Below are positions 48,934 to 59,570 of a DNA stretch of 64,000 nucleotides, piece after piece (positions within the stretch are counted from its first letter, which is position 1; every line of letters begins with the position of its first letter). The position numbers and the translations under genes were made by a program. The notes beneath the pieces are model-generated. The model saw only the letters and a list, made by a program, of their open reading frames with translations. It made no database searches and was not told the origin of the DNA. Origin of the DNA: Candidatus Omnitrophota bacterium (lineage in GTDB: Bacteria; Omnitrophota; Gorgyraeia; Duberdicusellales; 4484-171); contig JBDRIY010000054.1 of the NCBI GenBank assembly GCA_043815445.1, forward strand, positions 527-64,526. The letters run 5' to 3'.

Positions 48934-50457
48934 TCAATTCAATAAACTCTGCTTCAAAAATTGTTTTCTTATATACTTATATATTATTGCCCCATCAATA
49001 TTCTTAACTAATTTAAGTTTAAAGTTTTTATCTAAATATTCCTTAATAGATTGGGAATTTTCGTCTATTTTTCCGCTTCTTGCCCAGTCGCAATAAATAA
49101 CCCATAAGCTCTTAAATTTAAGCTTATTTATCTTATTGAACGATATTTGATATCCGCCCTCCCGCATCGGCCTTTGCCAACTGCCGTCAAGAAATCGCGG
49201 GTCAAAAAAGTAATAAAAACTCAGCTTTTTTTTCATATAAAACCCTGCTGAAGGCATAATTGATTCATTGGTAAAAGCAATTATATCCCGCTCTCCTGTA
49301 TTCTCATCTAAAAACCGCGCTATAGGCTTAATCGGCTTTTTTATGTAAGCGCCGGTATGATGTTCCAACGGCACAAACATCTTATCGGTAAAATACATAA
49401 AATTAGTTGTAAAAAGTAGTGAAATCAATACCCCTGTCAAGATTCTCCTTATTAGCGCTCCTTTCAAAGAAACTATCCCTAAAGATAAAATAATATAGAA
49501 ATAAGGGCTGAAAATGATGAAACCCCTGTCTAAATAAATAGAAAAAAAAATCTTAGAAAAAAGAAAAGCCGCGGCAATAGGAATAAAAAATAAAAATAAA
49601 CAAAACAAAAAGTTTTTTCGTAATTCTTTTTTTTTGTAAATAGCGCTAAGGACGGATAAAAAAAGTGTTCCGGCTATTAAATTTCCAACAAAATATAAGG
49701 CTGGAAAACCATTATATCCGGTTATAAAATTTTCCAGAGTAATCAGCAAAGACTTCCACTGAGGCTCGGGAATCCAAAACCCTCTCCAAATATAATAAAA
49801 TTTATCTAAAAATCGGCTTAAATAAAAACAAAATCCGAAAATAATAGTTAAAAAACAAACTATTTCCTTAAAGCGTAGTCGCGCTCTTCTAATAAATATT
49901 AAATATAAGCATTGAGATAAGAATAAAAATATATAAAAATAATTAGTATAAAGTCCAGCTATAGACGCTAGTATAAAATATATCCATAACCTAAGTTTAT
50001 CTTCCCGCATCGCCTTATAAAATAACCAGCTTGAAAGCAGGCCTAAGAATAAAACCATACTGTAATCACGAGCCTCCTGGGCGTACCAGATATGAAAAGG
50101 AGACAAGCCCATAAAAATTCCGGCGATAAAGCCTGTCTTTCTATTAAATAGGGCCTTCCCTAAAACATAAACTAAAATAACTGAAAAAAAACTAAACATT
50201 ACGGAAGGAAAACGTAAACTGAATTCTGAAATACTAAACAGTTTTACCCAAAAATGCAGAAATATCCAGTAAAGCGGAGCATTCCAAGCATACCATGGAA
50301 AACGAGCATAATCGATTGTGCCCAGCTCATCATACCACAAATCATGATAACCCAAATGATACAAGCGTAGAAAAAAGAAAAAACCAAAAATAAGGCTAAT
50401 CCCTATAATCTGTTTCTTCGCGCTTATACTTTCAAAAATCCTTTTAAAATAAGCCAT
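48934..50457 (-). CDS. GT-C (PMT/ArnT-like) membrane glycosyltransferase
   Basis: LRLYHLG..DLWYDE, APLY, SLRFPS, YAQEARDY. Confidence 0.85.
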   Translation of the reverse strand: MAYFKRIFESISAKKQIIGISLIFGFFFFLRLYHLGYHDLWYDELGTIDYARFPWYAWNAPLYWIFLHFWVKLFSISEFSLRFPSVMFSFFSVILVYVLGKALFNRKTGFIAGIFMGLSPFHIWYAQEARDYSMVLFLGLLSSWLFYKAMREDKLRLWIYFILASIAGLYTNYFYIFLFLSQCLYLIFIRRARLRFKEIVCFLTIIFGFCFYLSRFLDKFYYIWRGFWIPEPQWKSLLITLENFITGYNGFPALYFVGNLIAGTLFLSVLSAIYKKKELRKNFLFCLFLFFIPIAAAFLFSKIFFSIYLDRGFIIFSPYFYIILSLGIVSLKGALIRRILTGVLISLLFTTNFMYFTDKMFVPLEHHTGAYIKKPIKPIARFLDENTGERDIIAFTNESIMPSAGFYMKKKLSFYYFFDPRFLDGSWQRPMREGGYQISFNKINKLKFKSLWVIYCDWARSGKIDENSQSIKEYLDKNFKLKLVKNIDGAIIYKYIRKQFLKQSLLN

Positions 50458-51584
50458 TACTCATTATTCTCCAACAAAGAAATAATCTTATTTTTATACT
50501 CAGAAAATGATAATGCCTGAGGGATAAAAAGTTCTTTTAAGCTGCTCTTTTCTGAATACTCAAAATTAGAAACTACCTCTATAATTTTGGACATATCTAA
50601 TTTATTACCTCTTTGAAAAATTCGCCGGACTTCAACCAACCCTCCTTTAAAAGTAAAAAACGTTTGCTTTCCAAAAGCTAAGGCCTCAGCTACGGCAATG
50701 CCAAAAGGCTCTGGACGCCTGAAAGGAAAAACACAAATATCAGCCGCGCAAATAACTTTACTGATATCATTTATATAGCCAAGAAAAAAAATATTTCTTA
50801 AGCCTTCTTTCTTGATCAATTTTTTAATTTTTCTTTTATACTTTCGGCTTTTCAAACTATTAACTGTTATATCTCCGGCAATTACTAAGGCTAAATTTTG
50901 AGATTTTTTCAAAACATCTTTTACAACTCTTATAAACTCATACTGGCCTTTTGAAGGATGGATACGGGAAATCAAAGCAATAACTTTTGCTCCAACAGGA
51001 ATATTCAGCTCTTTTTTCGCGATATCAGAATCGTATATTGTATAATTAGCCTTATCCAAAGGCTCATAAATCACTTTTACTTTATTCCTAATATTTAATT
51101 CTTCTTTTATAGCCTCTGACTGACAAATAACGGTATCGGAAAGTTTCTCAACGCACCAGCCCCGAATTCTATTTAACGGCCTATAAGGAAAAAATTCTCT
51201 GATAAACCATATATTTTTTCTGCCGGTAAGTTTAGCCACCGCGGCCGGAAAACTTAATAAAAGGCTGTTAGAACAAACTATGTTTATTTTTTTAAAAATA
51301 ACAAAAAAAGAAAAATAAAAGACATTTACAATCAAAAGAAAAGTAAGACTAAAATAATAAAACGGCGATAAGGAAAACTTTAAAATTGCTAAGGGAAATA
51401 TCTTTATACTTACCTCGGGATAAACCTCTCTTACCTCTTTCTCCAGCGGCCCGGGGTTGGGTAAAACTACAATAACTTCAAATTTATCTTTAACTACTTT
51501 AACAAAATTAACCAAGCCCCTTTCCGCTCCATAAATAAAAAAGCCTGAACTAAAAATAATTATCTTCTTTTTCATGTTAAACAT
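50457..51584 (-). CDS. Glycosyltransferase family 4
   Basis: YGAER, RIHPSKGQ, PEPFGIAVAEALA. Confidence 0.87.
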   Translation of the reverse strand: MFNMKKKIIIFSSGFFIYGAERGLVNFVKVVKDKFEVIVVLPNPGPLEKEVREVYPEVSIKIFPLAILKFSLSPFYYFSLTFLLIVNVFYFSFFVIFKKINIVCSNSLLLSFPAAVAKLTGRKNIWFIREFFPYRPLNRIRGWCVEKLSDTVICQSEAIKEELNIRNKVKVIYEPLDKANYTIYDSDIAKKELNIPVGAKVIALISRIHPSKGQYEFIRVVKDVLKKSQNLALVIAGDITVNSLKSRKYKRKIKKLIKKEGLRNIFFLGYINDISKVICAADICVFPFRRPEPFGIAVAEALAFGKQTFFTFKGGLVEVRRIFQRGNKLDMSKIIEVVSNFEYSEKSSLKELFIPQALSFSEYKNKIISLLENNE

Positions 51585-51637
51585 CTAAATAATAGACTAT
51601 CTCGTAATGCTATCGTTTGTTTCGGGCTTTCTTTCTT

Positions 51638-51730
51638 TGTCATTTCGAACGAGCAAAGCGAAGTGAGAAATCTTTATAATTAATGGGCCGCATAGAAAGA
51701 TTTCTCGTCACTTTGTTCCTCGAAATGACA
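51638..51730. repeat. REP-like inverted repeat (TGTCATTTCGA...TCGAAATGACA)
   Basis: Arms tgtcatttcgaacgag..gagaaatct and agatttctcg..ctcgaaatgaca. Confidence 0.8.
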
Positions 51731-51752
51731 TTGTATAAGGCTTAAAATAACA

Positions 51753-52562
51753 CTAGTGGCATAATCCATAAACTAACCGTGGTAAATCATAACATAATAC
51801 CGGGAAAATCTTTAAAGCATATTTGATAAAACCTTCATTTTTAGCTATAGAATAAAATCTATTACACCAGCAAAGATATTGCCGTAACTTTTTGCTGGTT
51901 TTAGAACTATTGCCTTTATGCCAACAGGAAATCCGCGGCATAAATAAAGCTTTATAGCCTCTTTTCTGAGCCCGCCAGGCTAAATCAACATCTTCAACTA
52001 AAAAGAAAAACCTCTGATCAAAATACCCGGTTTTCTCTTTTAACTCCTCAAGCATTTCTCTGTTATAAAAAGCTGCTGCTGAGCAGGCTCCAAAAACATA
52101 CTCAGGCTTACTAAATTTTAAACAATCTTTCTTATTCTTACCAATATCAAAGAACCTCCTGGCCCAAGAAAGGCGCAAGCCGCAAGAATAAATTGTTTTC
52201 TTATCATAATTAAAAATCTTCGGCTGTCCTATTCCTATGTCTAAAGACGCTTTGCCGATTTCCTCTACCGCCTTCAATAAAAAATCTCTCTCCAAAACCA
52301 CATCACAATCTAAAGTCAAAATCCAATCCCCTTTGCTTGCCTCTATCCCCTGATTTCTTCCCCTACAAGCGCCAAGATTTTCTTTGTTCTTAATTAAGAT
52401 AACCTTAGGGTATTTTCCGATTAAATCCGGCGTACCATCACCAGAAGCATTATCTACAACAACTACCTCAAAATTCCGATACCCCTCTTGGCTAAATACC
52501 GAATCCAAACAAGGCTTTATGAACTCTCTGCTATTATGAGTTAAAATTACTACTGAAATCAT
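51753..52562 (-). CDS. Glycosyltransferase family 2
   Basis: ISVVILTHN, VVDNASGDG, TLDCD, EDVDLAWR. Confidence 0.9.
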   Translation of the reverse strand: MISVVILTHNSREFIKPCLDSVFSQEGYRNFEVVVVDNASGDGTPDLIGKYPKVILIKNKENLGACRGRNQGIEASKGDWILTLDCDVVLERDFLLKAVEEIGKASLDIGIGQPKIFNYDKKTIYSCGLRLSWARRFFDIGKNKKDCLKFSKPEYVFGACSAAAFYNREMLEELKEKTGYFDQRFFFLVEDVDLAWRAQKRGYKALFMPRISCWHKGNSSKTSKKLRQYLCWCNRFYSIAKNEGFIKYALKIFPVLCYDLPRLVYGLCH

Positions 52563-52730
52563 TTTTTAAATAATATTATTGCTATATAGTCCAATCTCTA
52601 AGCAAATTATTTAGTATACTTCTATTTTGTCTATTTATAATAAACAATTATACTCTGCTTTAAACTACCATCAACCTTTTTAAACTATTTGTCAAAATAA
52701 TAACGTAAAACAAAGTGCGCAAGCCAAACA

Positions 52731-52774
52731 CCTACGAGGCGCGGATAAAAAACTTACCCTAACCGCCTCGTAGG
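52731..52774. repeat. Short inverted repeat CCTACGAGGCG...CGCCTCGTAGG
   Basis: 11-bp perfect arms in an intergenic region. Confidence 0.65.
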
Positions 52775-52797
52775 CGGCGAAGCGGAAAATAAACACC

Positions 52798-52838
52798 TTG
52801 ACAAGAAAAATAACAGTTGTATACTCATTTTAGTGAGT
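52798..52838 (+). promoter_or_regulatory. Promoter and probable autoregulatory operator of the MNT-HEPN pair
   Basis: TTGACA-16-TATACT overlapped by the palindrome ACTCATTTTAGTGAGT. Confidence 0.6.
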
Positions 52839-52867
52839 AAATGCTTGTTTTAATGAGTGGTAATATA

Positions 52868-53434
52868 ATGACTACGAAATATCTTATTTCCAGCAACTGT
52901 CAAAAAATTTTAAAATACCTCCTTTTAAACTCCGGTAAATCTTGTTATGAACGGGAAATTGCCAGAGGATCCGGGGTTAGCTACGGATCTGCAAACCGCC
53001 TTTTAAACGACTTGTATAAAAAAAGAATTGTTGAAAGAAAAATAGAAGGAAAAATGAATTATTATACAGTAGCCTCATCAAACCCTTATCTTCAAGAATT
53101 TAAAATTCTAATCAATTTATTGCTTCTAGAGCCTTTGATTGAAAAACTTAAACCGTATACCCGTAAAATAGTACTTTTTGGCAGCTGTACCACTGGTGAG
53201 AATACACAAGAAAGTGATATAGACCTTTTTATCTTAACTACCGGAGAAGATATAGTTCGTTCGATAATCAGCAAATATTCTTATTCTCCCAAAATTGCTA
53301 ACAAGAAAATACAGGCTATAATAGAATCACCTGCTGATATGGCAAAAACAGCTAAAGAAAGCAAAGTATTTATAGAGCAAGTAAAAAAAGGGAAAATCCT
53401 TTGGGAAAGTGAAATCAATGAAGATTACCTTTAA
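52868..53434 (+). CDS. wHTH-fused minimal nucleotidyltransferase (MNT antitoxin)
   Basis: YEREIARGSGVS HTH; VLFGS..GE...SDIDLFI. Confidence 0.85.
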   Translation: MTTKYLISSNCQKILKYLLLNSGKSCYEREIARGSGVSYGSANRLLNDLYKKRIVERKIEGKMNYYTVASSNPYLQEFKILINLLLLEPLIEKLKPYTRKIVLFGSCTTGENTQESDIDLFILTTGEDIVRSIISKYSYSPKIANKKIQAIIESPADMAKTAKESKVFIEQVKKGKILWESEINEDYL

Positions 53435-53900
53435 AGACTGTTTGGCCCGAAAAAGAATTTTTATTTTTGAAGCGGCAAAACATTTAACTGATCTTGAGAT
53501 TAAAGATGCCGAAGACGATTTACAATCAGCAAAACAAGAGTTTGCTAACTCCGGTTTTAAATGGGCAACCATAAAAGGCTACTACGCGATGTTTCACACT
53601 GCAAGGGCTCTTCTTTATTCCAAAGGATATAGAGAACGCGGCCATTACTGTCTTTATTTAGCAACAAAAGAACTTTTCGTGAAAGACGGCGCCCTTGAAA
53701 ATAATTTAGCCGAAGCCTTCCAACAATCTATGATTTTGCGTGAAGACGCTGACTATAAACGAAACTTCTCAAAAAAGAATGCCTCAGCCGTAATTAAAAA
53801 CGCGAAAAAGCTCCTTAAAGCGGCAAAAGCTATTTTAAAAATAAATAATAAAAAGAAACAGACATTAAAAAAGAAAAAAATCTCTCCTTCCAATCAGTAG
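53418..53900 (+). CDS. HEPN domain protein
   Basis: AEDDL.SA, YYAMFHTARALL, REDADY; follows MNT. Confidence 0.85.
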   Translation: MKITFKDCLARKRIFIFEAAKHLTDLEIKDAEDDLQSAKQEFANSGFKWATIKGYYAMFHTARALLYSKGYRERGHYCLYLATKELFVKDGALENNLAEAFQQSMILREDADYKRNFSKKNASAVIKNAKKLLKAAKAILKINNKKKQTLKKKKISPSNQ

Positions 53901-53925
53901 ATAAATCCTTATAAACTCTCTACTA

Positions 53926-55281
53926 TTATGCGTTAAAATTATTATCGAGAACAATTCTTATCCTCTCTAATTCACCACTGCTTAAATCTGGTGTTTGGAC
54001 AACACACTTATAATTACCGTCATAACTCTGCCAATCTTCTGAGATGAGCTCTCCTCTATTCTTTAAATATTCAAAATATTCTGTTCCCGGAAAAGGAGTA
54101 GCAAGAGAAAATTGTGATGAATCCGGTTGAACGTCTCTAATAAACTTAACTGTCCTGCGAATAGTTTGTTTTGTTTCTCCGGGTAAGCCTAAACAAAAGG
54201 TCAAATGAACCTTTATGCCAAACTGTTTAGTAAGCCTAATCGCTTGATAAGCTTTATCTAAATCCATATCTTTCCCGCAAGAATTCAATATATTCTGGTC
54301 CCCTGATTCTATTCCATATTTAACCGCGTACAGCCCGGCGCCGGACATAACTTTTAACAAAGATTTATCCATAAGGTCAACTCTGGCCATAATTGCCCAA
54401 GGTATCTTAATTTTTCTTTTTACTATCTCATTACAAATATTTAAAACATAATCTTTATTAATATTAAATACATCATCATCAAAGTATACTGCTTTAAATT
54501 TAAAATTATTAAGTAAATATTCCATTTCATCCACAACATCTACGGGATTTCTCTTTCTATATTTACGTTCTTTATAGATTGTTTGAGGCCAAAGACAAAA
54601 ATTGCATTGGAAGGGGCACCCCCGGCTGGCGCAGATTTGAACATTTGGCACAGGCAAGCCGGCAAAACCATCATTATATTTATAGATATTCATATCCTCT
54701 CTTTCCGGCCAAGGCAAACTGTCAAGGTTATCAATGGCCGGCTGCGAAAAATTGATTTTAATCTCGCCGTCTTCTCGATAAGCTAAGCCTGATACGGATT
54801 TTAAATTTATCTTCTTTTCTAAACAATTTATTAGATTCAATAAAATATATTCATATTCTCCCAATAGTATATACTTAATAATGCTATATTCTCTTAAGAT
54901 TTTTTCGGGAAATACACTGGCTTGAGGCCCGCTTAAGGCTATTTGACAGTCAGGCAAGATATCCCTAATTTTGTGAATAATTCTTAAATCATTCTTAAAC
55001 GACGGGCATGAAGTTTCCACAAGAATAAATTCCGGATTAAAACAGTAAATTTTTTTAAAAAAATTCTCCTCGCTAACGCCTTCGGCAATAGCGTCAAATA
55101 ATTTAACTGATTTCCCTTCTCTTTTCAAAACAGCCGCGGCATAAGCAAGAAAAAAGGGGAAAGGAACATAATGAATACGCCCGTCTTTTTCAGGTAAGGA
55201 GGTAAACGGCCAGCGTGAACCCGCCCTTACTCCCAAACGCTGTTCTTCTCTCCATGGAAGGTTTAATAAAAGTGCCCGCAT
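53926..55281 (-). CDS. B12-binding radical SAM protein
   Basis: N-terminal cobalamin-binding-like domain, SRGCPFQCNFC, FDDDVF, GIESG, GLPGET, TPFPGT. Confidence 0.9.
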   Translation of the reverse strand: MRALLLNLPWREEQRLGVRAGSRWPFTSLPEKDGRIHYVPFPFFLAYAAAVLKREGKSVKLFDAIAEGVSEENFFKKIYCFNPEFILVETSCPSFKNDLRIIHKIRDILPDCQIALSGPQASVFPEKILREYSIIKYILLGEYEYILLNLINCLEKKINLKSVSGLAYREDGEIKINFSQPAIDNLDSLPWPEREDMNIYKYNDGFAGLPVPNVQICASRGCPFQCNFCLWPQTIYKERKYRKRNPVDVVDEMEYLLNNFKFKAVYFDDDVFNINKDYVLNICNEIVKRKIKIPWAIMARVDLMDKSLLKVMSGAGLYAVKYGIESGDQNILNSCGKDMDLDKAYQAIRLTKQFGIKVHLTFCLGLPGETKQTIRRTVKFIRDVQPDSSQFSLATPFPGTEYFEYLKNRGELISEDWQSYDGNYKCVVQTPDLSSGELERIRIVLDNNFNA

Positions 55282-55282
55282 T

Positions 55283-55930
55283 TTATTTCTTAAAATCTAA
55301 ATGCCTTTCGATTTCTTCAAAAAAAACTTTTATTTGATGAATACTTTGATTTATATCTCTCAAATCACAATTCATCTGCTCAAGAATTTGACTTAATTCC
55401 TTCTTCTGATTTTGAGAGCTTCTACCAAGACTAATAAAACCATTCCTTAAAACCTCTTCGGTTTCTTTTGCCTGACTCTGAAAACTTCGGTTGAGGTTGA
55501 TAAAACCGTTCCTTAAGGTTTCTCTGATTTCTTCTGCCTGACTCCCAAGGCTGCCTAAGGCTTTTTTGGTTTCTTCTACCTGATCCTGAGAGCTTTGCTT
55601 GAGGTTGATAAAACCATTCCTTAAGGTTTCTCTGATTTCTTTAATGTTTTGAAAAAACATTTTATCAAAATCATGCATAAAAAAATTCTTAAAATCACAA
55701 AGTATCTGGCCAATATTTCCAAACATCCTAATTGCACAAGCCAATAATAATCCACCCAGTAGTATTGAAATACCCTTTATTAACGAATAAACATCGCCAA
55801 ACTTAAAAATAAAAAAATAAACGGCTATAGAAAACGCTGAAATCGCGGCTATCCACGAAAAAGCTAATAAAATAATGGTTACCGGCATTTTATCTGTCTT
55901 CATTATCACACCTCTCTTTTTTTTATTCAC
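55283..55930 (-). CDS. Two-TM protein with repeat-containing coiled coil
   Basis: Two hydrophobic helices, then three LRNGFI(N/S)L repeats. Confidence 0.6.
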   Translation of the reverse strand: MNKKKRGVIMKTDKMPVTIILLAFSWIAAISAFSIAVYFFIFKFGDVYSLIKGISILLGGLLLACAIRMFGNIGQILCDFKNFFMHDFDKMFFQNIKEIRETLRNGFINLKQSSQDQVEETKKALGSLGSQAEEIRETLRNGFINLNRSFQSQAKETEEVLRNGFISLGRSSQNQKKELSQILEQMNCDLRDINQSIHQIKVFFEEIERHLDFKK

Positions 55931-57206
55931 CCATATTTTCCGCGGAAGACTGAATCATCCGGATTGCCTCAGGATGATCAAAGGCTAAACTATTTAGCCA
56001 TTTTTTAAAATCAAAAGATAGTTTTCTTAAAAATATATTGTTAAGATTAGAATGGTTGACCTTGTAAAACCGGCTCCAATCATAACGCGATTCTGTTAAA
56101 TCTAATAATTTATCCAAAAAAATATTATCTGTTATTGAATAAACTGAAAATAATAAGTGCCTGTATAATATTTTTTTGAATTTACGGCTCACAAATTTTT
56201 CCCGAATAATTTTCCCTAAAACTAAATTTAAAGCAAAAAAATTCTGTAAAAACATATTGGCTTTGGGCATCAAGGTAACAATTTCTTTTTTCTCAAGGCT
56301 GAAACGATAAAACAAAGATAAATCTATTAAAGAAAACCAAAAAGATGAGATAGAATAATTTGGTTTTTGAATTTTTTGATAAGTGAAGTATTCTAAATCC
56401 TTTAAGGAATTATGCAGGCCTAATAAAAAATCTAAATAAAGTAACTGATGTTGATTGGAAATGATATCTTCATGTATATAGCGGTTTGCTAAACCAACAT
56501 TCTCTCTTAACTTACGAGAAAACCCTTTGGGGCTGGAATAACACCCCTTTTTTTGATGAAAAGCTAAATTCCACTTCCAATAATTATTTAAAACCGAACA
56601 AACATTATCGCGTTTTAAATGCTTGACCGTTGCCTTAGGCTCATAAACTAAACTATACCCTTTTTTCTTAAGACGCTCGCAAATATCAACATCCTCATAG
56701 TTATCCCTAAAATTTTCACTATAAACCCCAACCTCTGTTAAAGCTTGACGGCGAAAAACTGTATTAGAGCCAAATAAAAAAGGAGGAGCTGACTCTCCTT
56801 CTGCCCAATATTGTTTCATATGCACTGCGCGCCATAAATCAAATGTTGTAGAAAGATTCTTTTCTAAAAGCTTTCCTCCTGTTCCTGCTATATCTGAAGA
56901 AGTAAATCTTTTCATCAGCGTCTCCAGCCAGCCGGGCTCAGGGGCGCAATCAGCGTCTAAAGAAGCGATGTATTTAGAATCTATATTTTTTACTGCTGTA
57001 TTTCTGGCAACAGCTAAACCTCTATTATGCTTATGCCTTATAAGCTTTATCGGGTAAGGTGAAACCTTTTCAACTGTCCTGTCACTTGAATTATCATCTA
57101 CGATAACAACCTCATCAGGCTTAAGAGTTTGACTAAATACTCCTTTAAGAGTATCTTCTATATAGCTTTCAGCGTTAAAACAGGGGATATACAGACTGAT
57201 TTTCAT
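55923..57206 (-). CDS. Glycosyltransferase family 2 with C-terminal extension
   Basis: IPCFNAE, VDDNSSD, SLDADC, YEDVDI. Confidence 0.88.
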   Translation of the reverse strand: MKISLYIPCFNAESYIEDTLKGVFSQTLKPDEVVIVDDNSSDRTVEKVSPYPIKLIRHKHNRGLAVARNTAVKNIDSKYIASLDADCAPEPGWLETLMKRFTSSDIAGTGGKLLEKNLSTTFDLWRAVHMKQYWAEGESAPPFLFGSNTVFRRQALTEVGVYSENFRDNYEDVDICERLKKKGYSLVYEPKATVKHLKRDNVCSVLNNYWKWNLAFHQKKGCYSSPKGFSRKLRENVGLANRYIHEDIISNQHQLLYLDFLLGLHNSLKDLEYFTYQKIQKPNYSISSFWFSLIDLSLFYRFSLEKKEIVTLMPKANMFLQNFFALNLVLGKIIREKFVSRKFKKILYRHLLFSVYSITDNIFLDKLLDLTESRYDWSRFYKVNHSNLNNIFLRKLSFDFKKWLNSLAFDHPEAIRMIQSSAENMGE

Positions 57207-58438
57207 TTCAATTTAGCTATTTCCTTATTCAACCTTTTCTTTAATAAGCTAATTTCTTCAAGAGATTTCTCAATTTGACCTTTATTGTTTATATTTCTAA
57301 CACTCATTTTTCTTTGAACATTTTTAAATATCCTATTAAAAATATTTCTAAACGAACCTCGGTAAGAATTATAAAACTTGCACCTTAATTTTAATTGCAC
57401 AGTTCTTTTTCTTAAATACCGTGTAAGTTTATCAATTAACTTTTGAGCGGAAATATTTTTTATTTTTCTGAATAAATTAAGAAAATACTTCTCTTCTCTA
57501 TTTTGGCCAAACACACCGTCATAACAACTCATCATACAGCTGCGGCACCCTTCATCAACTATTAACTCTCTTATGCCGCTATGTTCTCTTGAATACCATA
57601 ATTCAAAAAAGCTATTTTTCCCCACATTACCAATCTGTTTCTTCTTATCTATAATAGCCCAGCAGGGAAAAATATCACCGCAGGCGTTTATAGGGCAAGA
57701 AGTCCAAAGAGCGTTACAGCCATTTCGAAAAGCTATTTTTTTACCGCTTAGGTAAAAAGGAATAGCTCTAAGATAATTTGTGGGGTTGGTGGAAATTTTA
57801 TATTTTTTACTTAATTCAATAACTTTTTCAAATATTGCCTCTACTTTTTTTATCTGTTTCTTATTTATAAAAAAACTGCTCTTTAAAGATTCATTATCCA
57901 TAAAAATTACGCTAAAAGGTTGAAATCTTATAGTGCTTGCCCCGTATTTTTTTGCTAATTCTACAATATAAGGCATAGAGTTGTAATTATGTTTTGATAC
58001 CATAACCGCTATGGTAGATTCAACCCCATATTTCCTTAAATTTTCTAAAGCCTTAACTGCTCTTTTAAAGGTTCCTTGCCCTCTTAAATAATTATGAATT
58101 TCTTCAGGCCCCTCTAAAGAAACATTAACCACATTAACCCCTGACGCGGCAAGCTTACCAGCGGCTTTTTCATCTAATAAATAACCGTTAGAAGTAAGGC
58201 AGGCATTCATCCGGTTATCTTTTGCCGCCGTAATAAGCTCAAATATGTCCTCTCTTAATAAAGGCTCCCCGCCGCTGAATACTATAGTTTCCGCGCCGAT
58301 TAAAGAAGCTTCCTCAATAACCTGCTTCCATTGAAAAGTATCCAGTTCCTCCATAAGATTAACCGGAATATCACACATCTTACATTTTAAATTACAACGG
58401 TTAGTTATTGATATAATAACTTCTTTTAGCCTAAGCAT
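57203..58438 (-). CDS. Radical SAM protein with SPASM/twitch domain
   Basis: CNLKCKMC, FSGGEP, C...GDIFPC...CRSCMMSC. Confidence 0.88.
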   Translation of the reverse strand: MLRLKEVIISITNRCNLKCKMCDIPVNLMEELDTFQWKQVIEEASLIGAETIVFSGGEPLLREDIFELITAAKDNRMNACLTSNGYLLDEKAAGKLAASGVNVVNVSLEGPEEIHNYLRGQGTFKRAVKALENLRKYGVESTIAVMVSKHNYNSMPYIVELAKKYGASTIRFQPFSVIFMDNESLKSSFFINKKQIKKVEAIFEKVIELSKKYKISTNPTNYLRAIPFYLSGKKIAFRNGCNALWTSCPINACGDIFPCWAIIDKKKQIGNVGKNSFFELWYSREHSGIRELIVDEGCRSCMMSCYDGVFGQNREEKYFLNLFRKIKNISAQKLIDKLTRYLRKRTVQLKLRCKFYNSYRGSFRNIFNRIFKNVQRKMSVRNINNKGQIEKSLEEISLLKKRLNKEIAKLK

Positions 58439-59570
58439 CCTTGTAACCCTTTACCTTATCTTCATATCTCTCTAATATCTTCAAAGCCTGTTTTAAAAAT
58501 TCACCTTTATCTTTATTGTTTTTTACACTGTCTATAAAATTATCTATTATCTCGGGCAAAGAATCAGACTCGGGATGAGCCCAGCAAGTTTGTAGGCAGG
58601 GCTTAGGGCAAGACTTCATTAGTTTTCTGGCCTTAAACGCTTCTTCCGTGTTTAAACAACTTTTCATATCCATTTCTTTTATATTACCGAAGCTGGCCCC
58701 GCAGCTTCTCATTTCAGCGTCAGGGCCTACATTTATAAAGGCAAAAGGGTTACACTTCCAATCCTTTTTAGTCAAGTTTCCTCTAAAATATTTAATCCAA
58801 AGATAAGGATTATGCAAAAAAGCTACCAGCCCATTCTTTCTTTTATAAGCAATGATTTTATCAATTTGTTTCTCTAAAAATTTTAACCCCTCTTCCTTTA
58901 TCCAAAAAGGCGCGCTGGAAGAGGTATTTTGCATATCAGCCTGAGCTACGATTACCGGATGATAAACAAGACACTCTACCCCTAAATCTCTAACCAAATA
59001 AATAATATCAGATAGCTCATCCATGTTTTCCTTCATTATTGTCGTCCAAACTGATATTTGAGGCCCAGACTTTATCTTTTGTTTTACCTCTACAAGATTT
59101 TTGATGGCCTTTACAGCTTTTTTAAAACTTCCTTTTTCTCTTATAAAATCATGGGTATCCTCTTTTGCTCCATCTAAAGAAATAGCGATATTTCCTAATC
59201 CCGACGAAATAATCTTAAAAGCTAATTCTTCATTTATTAACGCTCCGTTAGAAACCGCCTCAGTTTCTATCCCTTTGATGACAGAAGAATTTATTATTTC
59301 AAAAATATCTTTCCGCAAAAAAGGCTCTCCTCCAGTAATAACTACTGTGCGATTACGCGGCCACAGAGCAATCTGCTCAAAAGCTCTTTCCAATACCTCT
59401 TTAGACAATTCATAACCCTTTAAAGTTTTAACAACCATACACATTCGGCAATTATAAGTGCAGTTATGGCTTAAGCTAATATACACCCATCGAGGCTGAA
59501 CCAGCGGCTGTTCCAAAACCTCGGAAAAATGATAAGCCAAATTAACCTCAAATTCCTTAAGATAATTCAT
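58431..59570 (-). CDS. Radical SAM protein with SPASM/twitch domain
   Basis: CTYNCRMC, ITGGEP, KCNP..SC..FGN..CPKPCLQTC. Confidence 0.88.
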   Translation of the reverse strand: MNYLKEFEVNLAYHFSEVLEQPLVQPRWVYISLSHNCTYNCRMCMVVKTLKGYELSKEVLERAFEQIALWPRNRTVVITGGEPFLRKDIFEIINSSVIKGIETEAVSNGALINEELAFKIISSGLGNIAISLDGAKEDTHDFIREKGSFKKAVKAIKNLVEVKQKIKSGPQISVWTTIMKENMDELSDIIYLVRDLGVECLVYHPVIVAQADMQNTSSSAPFWIKEEGLKFLEKQIDKIIAYKRKNGLVAFLHNPYLWIKYFRGNLTKKDWKCNPFAFINVGPDAEMRSCGASFGNIKEMDMKSCLNTEEAFKARKLMKSCPKPCLQTCWAHPESDSLPEIIDNFIDSVKNNKDKGEFLKQALKILERYEDKVKGYKDA

